This document shows, piece after piece, positions 62,159 through 64,000 of a DNA stretch of 64,000 nt. The position numbers and the translations under genes were made by a program. The stretch is from an uncultured Chloroflexia bacterium (GTDB lineage: Bacteria; Chloroflexota; Limnocylindria; Limnocylindrales; CSP1-4): assembly GCA_963759495.1 (NCBI GenBank), contig CAVWZL010000007.1, forward strand, positions 170,016-234,015, written 5' to 3'. The first letter of the stretch is position 1, and the number at the start of each line of letters is the position of its first letter. Under the pieces are notes generated by a model. The model did no database searches. It was not told where the DNA came from and saw only the letters and a program-made list of their open reading frames with translations.

Positions 62159-63027
62159 CGTCGTATCTGGAGCGACTTGCGGCTCGAAGCGCGGCCGTCG
62201 GCTCGGTCCTGTGCCTCGGTCTCGATCCGGAGCCCGATGCGCTCCCCGATGGCTTCTCCCGGGATGTGGCGGGTCTCGAGCGGTTCGCAACCCTCGTGCT
62301 CGAGGCCGCGCTCCCGTATGCGGCGGCGGTCAAGCCGAACCTGGCGTTCTACGAGGCATTTGGGTCGCCGGGGATCGCCGCGCTCGAGCGGATTCGGGCA
62401 CGGATCCCCGCGGACGTCCCGGTGATCATCGATGCGAAGCGCGCCGACATCGGCACGACCGCCACCCGCCAGGCCGTGGCGCTGTTCGACGCGCTCGGCG
62501 CGGATGCCGTGACCGTCAGCCCGTACCTCGGGGCCGAGGCGGTCACGCCGTTGCTCGAACGGGCCGATCGATTCGCCTACATCCTCTGCCGGACCTCCAA
62601 TCCGGGAGCGGGTGAGCTGCAGGATCTGCGGGTCGCTGCCGATCCTTCGTCGGAAGCGCCCGAGGAAACCCTCCACGCCCGCGTGGCGCGTCGCGTGTCG
62701 GGTTGGGGTCCGGGCGGGACGGTGGGCCTCGTCGTCGGCGCAACGGCACCGGACGAGATCGGCGGGATCCGTTCGATCGCGGCCGGGCTCCCGTTCCTCG
62801 TCCCGGGGATCGGGACCCAGGGCGGCGACCTCGATGCAGTGCTGGCGGATGGTCGCGCGACCCGCGGACCGGCCGCGGAGCAGCCGGGTGGAGGACTGCT
62901 CGTCAACGTCTCGCGGGCCATCTCTGGCGCGGCACGAGCCGTCGGCGACCGCCCCGCCACTGACCCGCTTGTGCGTGTCCGGGACGCCGCCCGCGGCTGG
63001 TCCGAACGACTCCCTGTGCTACCCTAG
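62155..63027 (+). CDS. pyrF: orotidine 5'-phosphate decarboxylase (type 2), intact
   Basis: The GTG overlaps the upstream stop (GTGA). Fragments read LCLGLDPEP, AVKPNLAFYE, VIIDAKRADIGTTA and PGIGTQGG. Confidence 0.9.
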   Translation: MTSYLERLAARSAAVGSVLCLGLDPEPDALPDGFSRDVAGLERFATLVLEAALPYAAAVKPNLAFYEAFGSPGIAALERIRARIPADVPVIIDAKRADIGTTATRQAVALFDALGADAVTVSPYLGAEAVTPLLERADRFAYILCRTSNPGAGELQDLRVAADPSSEAPEETLHARVARRVSGWGPGGTVGLVVGATAPDEIGGIRSIAAGLPFLVPGIGTQGGDLDAVLADGRATRGPAAEQPGGGLLVNVSRAISGAARAVGDRPATDPLVRVRDAARGWSERLPVLP

Positions 63028-63104
63028 CCGCCGCAGGGGAGGCGCAGGACGGCACGGTCATCGGTCGTCGGTCAGCCATCCCGCCCGCAGGAGCTCGACA
63101 GCGC

Positions 63105-63446
63105 ATGCCGATTGGAGCACCGGAGCTGATCATCATCCTGGTGATCGCACTGCTCATTCTCGGACCGGGCAAGCTGCCCGAGGTCGGGTCGTCCCTGGGC
63201 AAGTCCATCCGCGAGTTCCGTAAGGCCTCCACGGATCTCCAGGACTCCGTGAAGATCGAGACGACGCCGCTGCCGCCGACCCAGGCACCTGCCGCGCCGC
63301 CCGTCGCTCCGGTGGGCCCCATCACGCCGACCGAGACGATCAACGAGCAGGCGATCCCGGTGAGCGATCCTGATCCCGCAGCGGGTGAAGCGACGGGTCC
63401 CGCGCCGGCGTCCCCGAACGCTGACACGACCAGCCGCGCTGGTTAG
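63105..63446 (+). CDS. tatA: twin-arginine translocase subunit TatA/E
   Basis: The peptide begins MPIGAPELIIILVIALLILGPGKLPEVGSSLGKSIREFRKA and has a Pro/Ala-rich tail. Confidence 0.9.
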   Translation: MPIGAPELIIILVIALLILGPGKLPEVGSSLGKSIREFRKASTDLQDSVKIETTPLPPTQAPAAPPVAPVGPITPTETINEQAIPVSDPDPAAGEATGPAPASPNADTTSRAG

Positions 63447-63466
63447 CACGCACCTCCCGGCACCCG

Positions 63467-64000
63467 ATGGCCGACGCCGACGCGCTCCGTGAGGTCGGCG
63501 GACCCGGACGTCCGCAGCCACCCGCACCTGCAGCCCCGCCCCAGGATGACGCGGTCATGTCGCTCGTCGACCATCTGGGCGAGCTTCGGACGCGGCTGTT
63601 CAAGGCGATCCTCGCCGTTGCCGTCGGCGGGATCGTCGGGTTCATCGTGGGGGACGAAGCCATCAGGGTCCTCAGCGACCCGATCCCCGGCGAGGATCCG
63701 TTGCTCTTCACGGCCCTCGGCGATGCGTTTGCGATCCGGCTGAAGATCGGGATCGTCATCGGGATCATCCTCGCGATGCCGGTCCTGCTCTACCAGGGCT
63801 GGCAGTTCATCGCGCCGGGCCTGACCCCGTCCGAACGTCGCGCCGCGCGGCCGTGGATCCCGCTCTCGCTGTTCTTCTTCGCGCTTGGCGTCGGCATCGC
63901 GTACTTCGTGCTGCCGTATGCAGCCCAGTTCCTCCTGAGCTTCACGACGGACCGGCTGCAGCCACTCATCACGGCCGGGCCGTACTTCGAGTTCGTCACC
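63467..64000 (+). CDS. tatC: twin-arginine translocase subunit TatC (3' end beyond window)
   Basis: My own translation from ATG 63467 is open to the window edge. It reads MSLVDHLGELRTRLFKAIL..., LLYQGWQFIAPGLTPSERR and LFFFALGVGIAYFVLPYA. It is absent from the track because no stop codon falls in the window. Confidence 0.9.
   Translation, partial: MADADALREVGGPGRPQPPAPAAPPQDDAVMSLVDHLGELRTRLFKAILAVAVGGIVGFIVGDEAIRVLSDPIPGEDPLLFTALGDAFAIRLKIGIVIGIILAMPVLLYQGWQFIAPGLTPSERRAARPWIPLSLFFFALGVGIAYFVLPYAAQFLLSFTTDRLQPLITAGPYFEFVT

Overview
This is a very GC-rich bacterial chromosomal segment (about 70% GC judged by eye, not computed). The gene order resembles Actinobacteria: ligA-gatCAB, polA...coaE-uvrB...uvrA, and tatA-tatC. 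I can support about 50 protein genes and one tRNA-Leu(CAA). I did not recognise any rRNA, CRISPR array, transposase, integrase or phage genes.

Gene content:
- DNA replication and repair dominates: pcrA, ligA, dnaE, polA, mutM, uvrB, uvrA, uvrC, recJ and an extra UvrD-like helicase.
- Other core genes are gatCAB, a BMP-family ABC uptake operon, an ABC-F ATPase, pyk, pyrF, secDF and tatAC.
- A small accessory-looking patch surrounds the tRNA. It holds a truncated ABC-2 permease, a PAP2-like protein, a voltage-sensor channel, a DUF2254 protein, a PPOX-like protein, and an ECF sigma factor with two tandem anti-sigma genes.

Main caveat: many highly conserved genes are broken by +/-1 indels, and the breaks occur in blocks while neighbouring blocks are clean. 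I treat this as an assembly or consensus-quality problem. For those genes I give whole-gene spans stitched from ORF-track fragments, so their exact ends are approximate.

Most notable observations:
- A 321-bp, 100% identical direct repeat forms the 5' halves of the two tandem anti-sigma genes.
- Many genes have leaderless-style starts, with a TAnnnT hexamer 6-7 nt before the start codon.
- Repeated hairpin and palindrome motifs occur in three intergenic regions.
- Repair genes are unusually tightly co-localised.

I did not find a convincing novel multi-gene system such as a defence island, a biosynthetic cluster or a retroelement. The candidates below are modest and are labelled as such.
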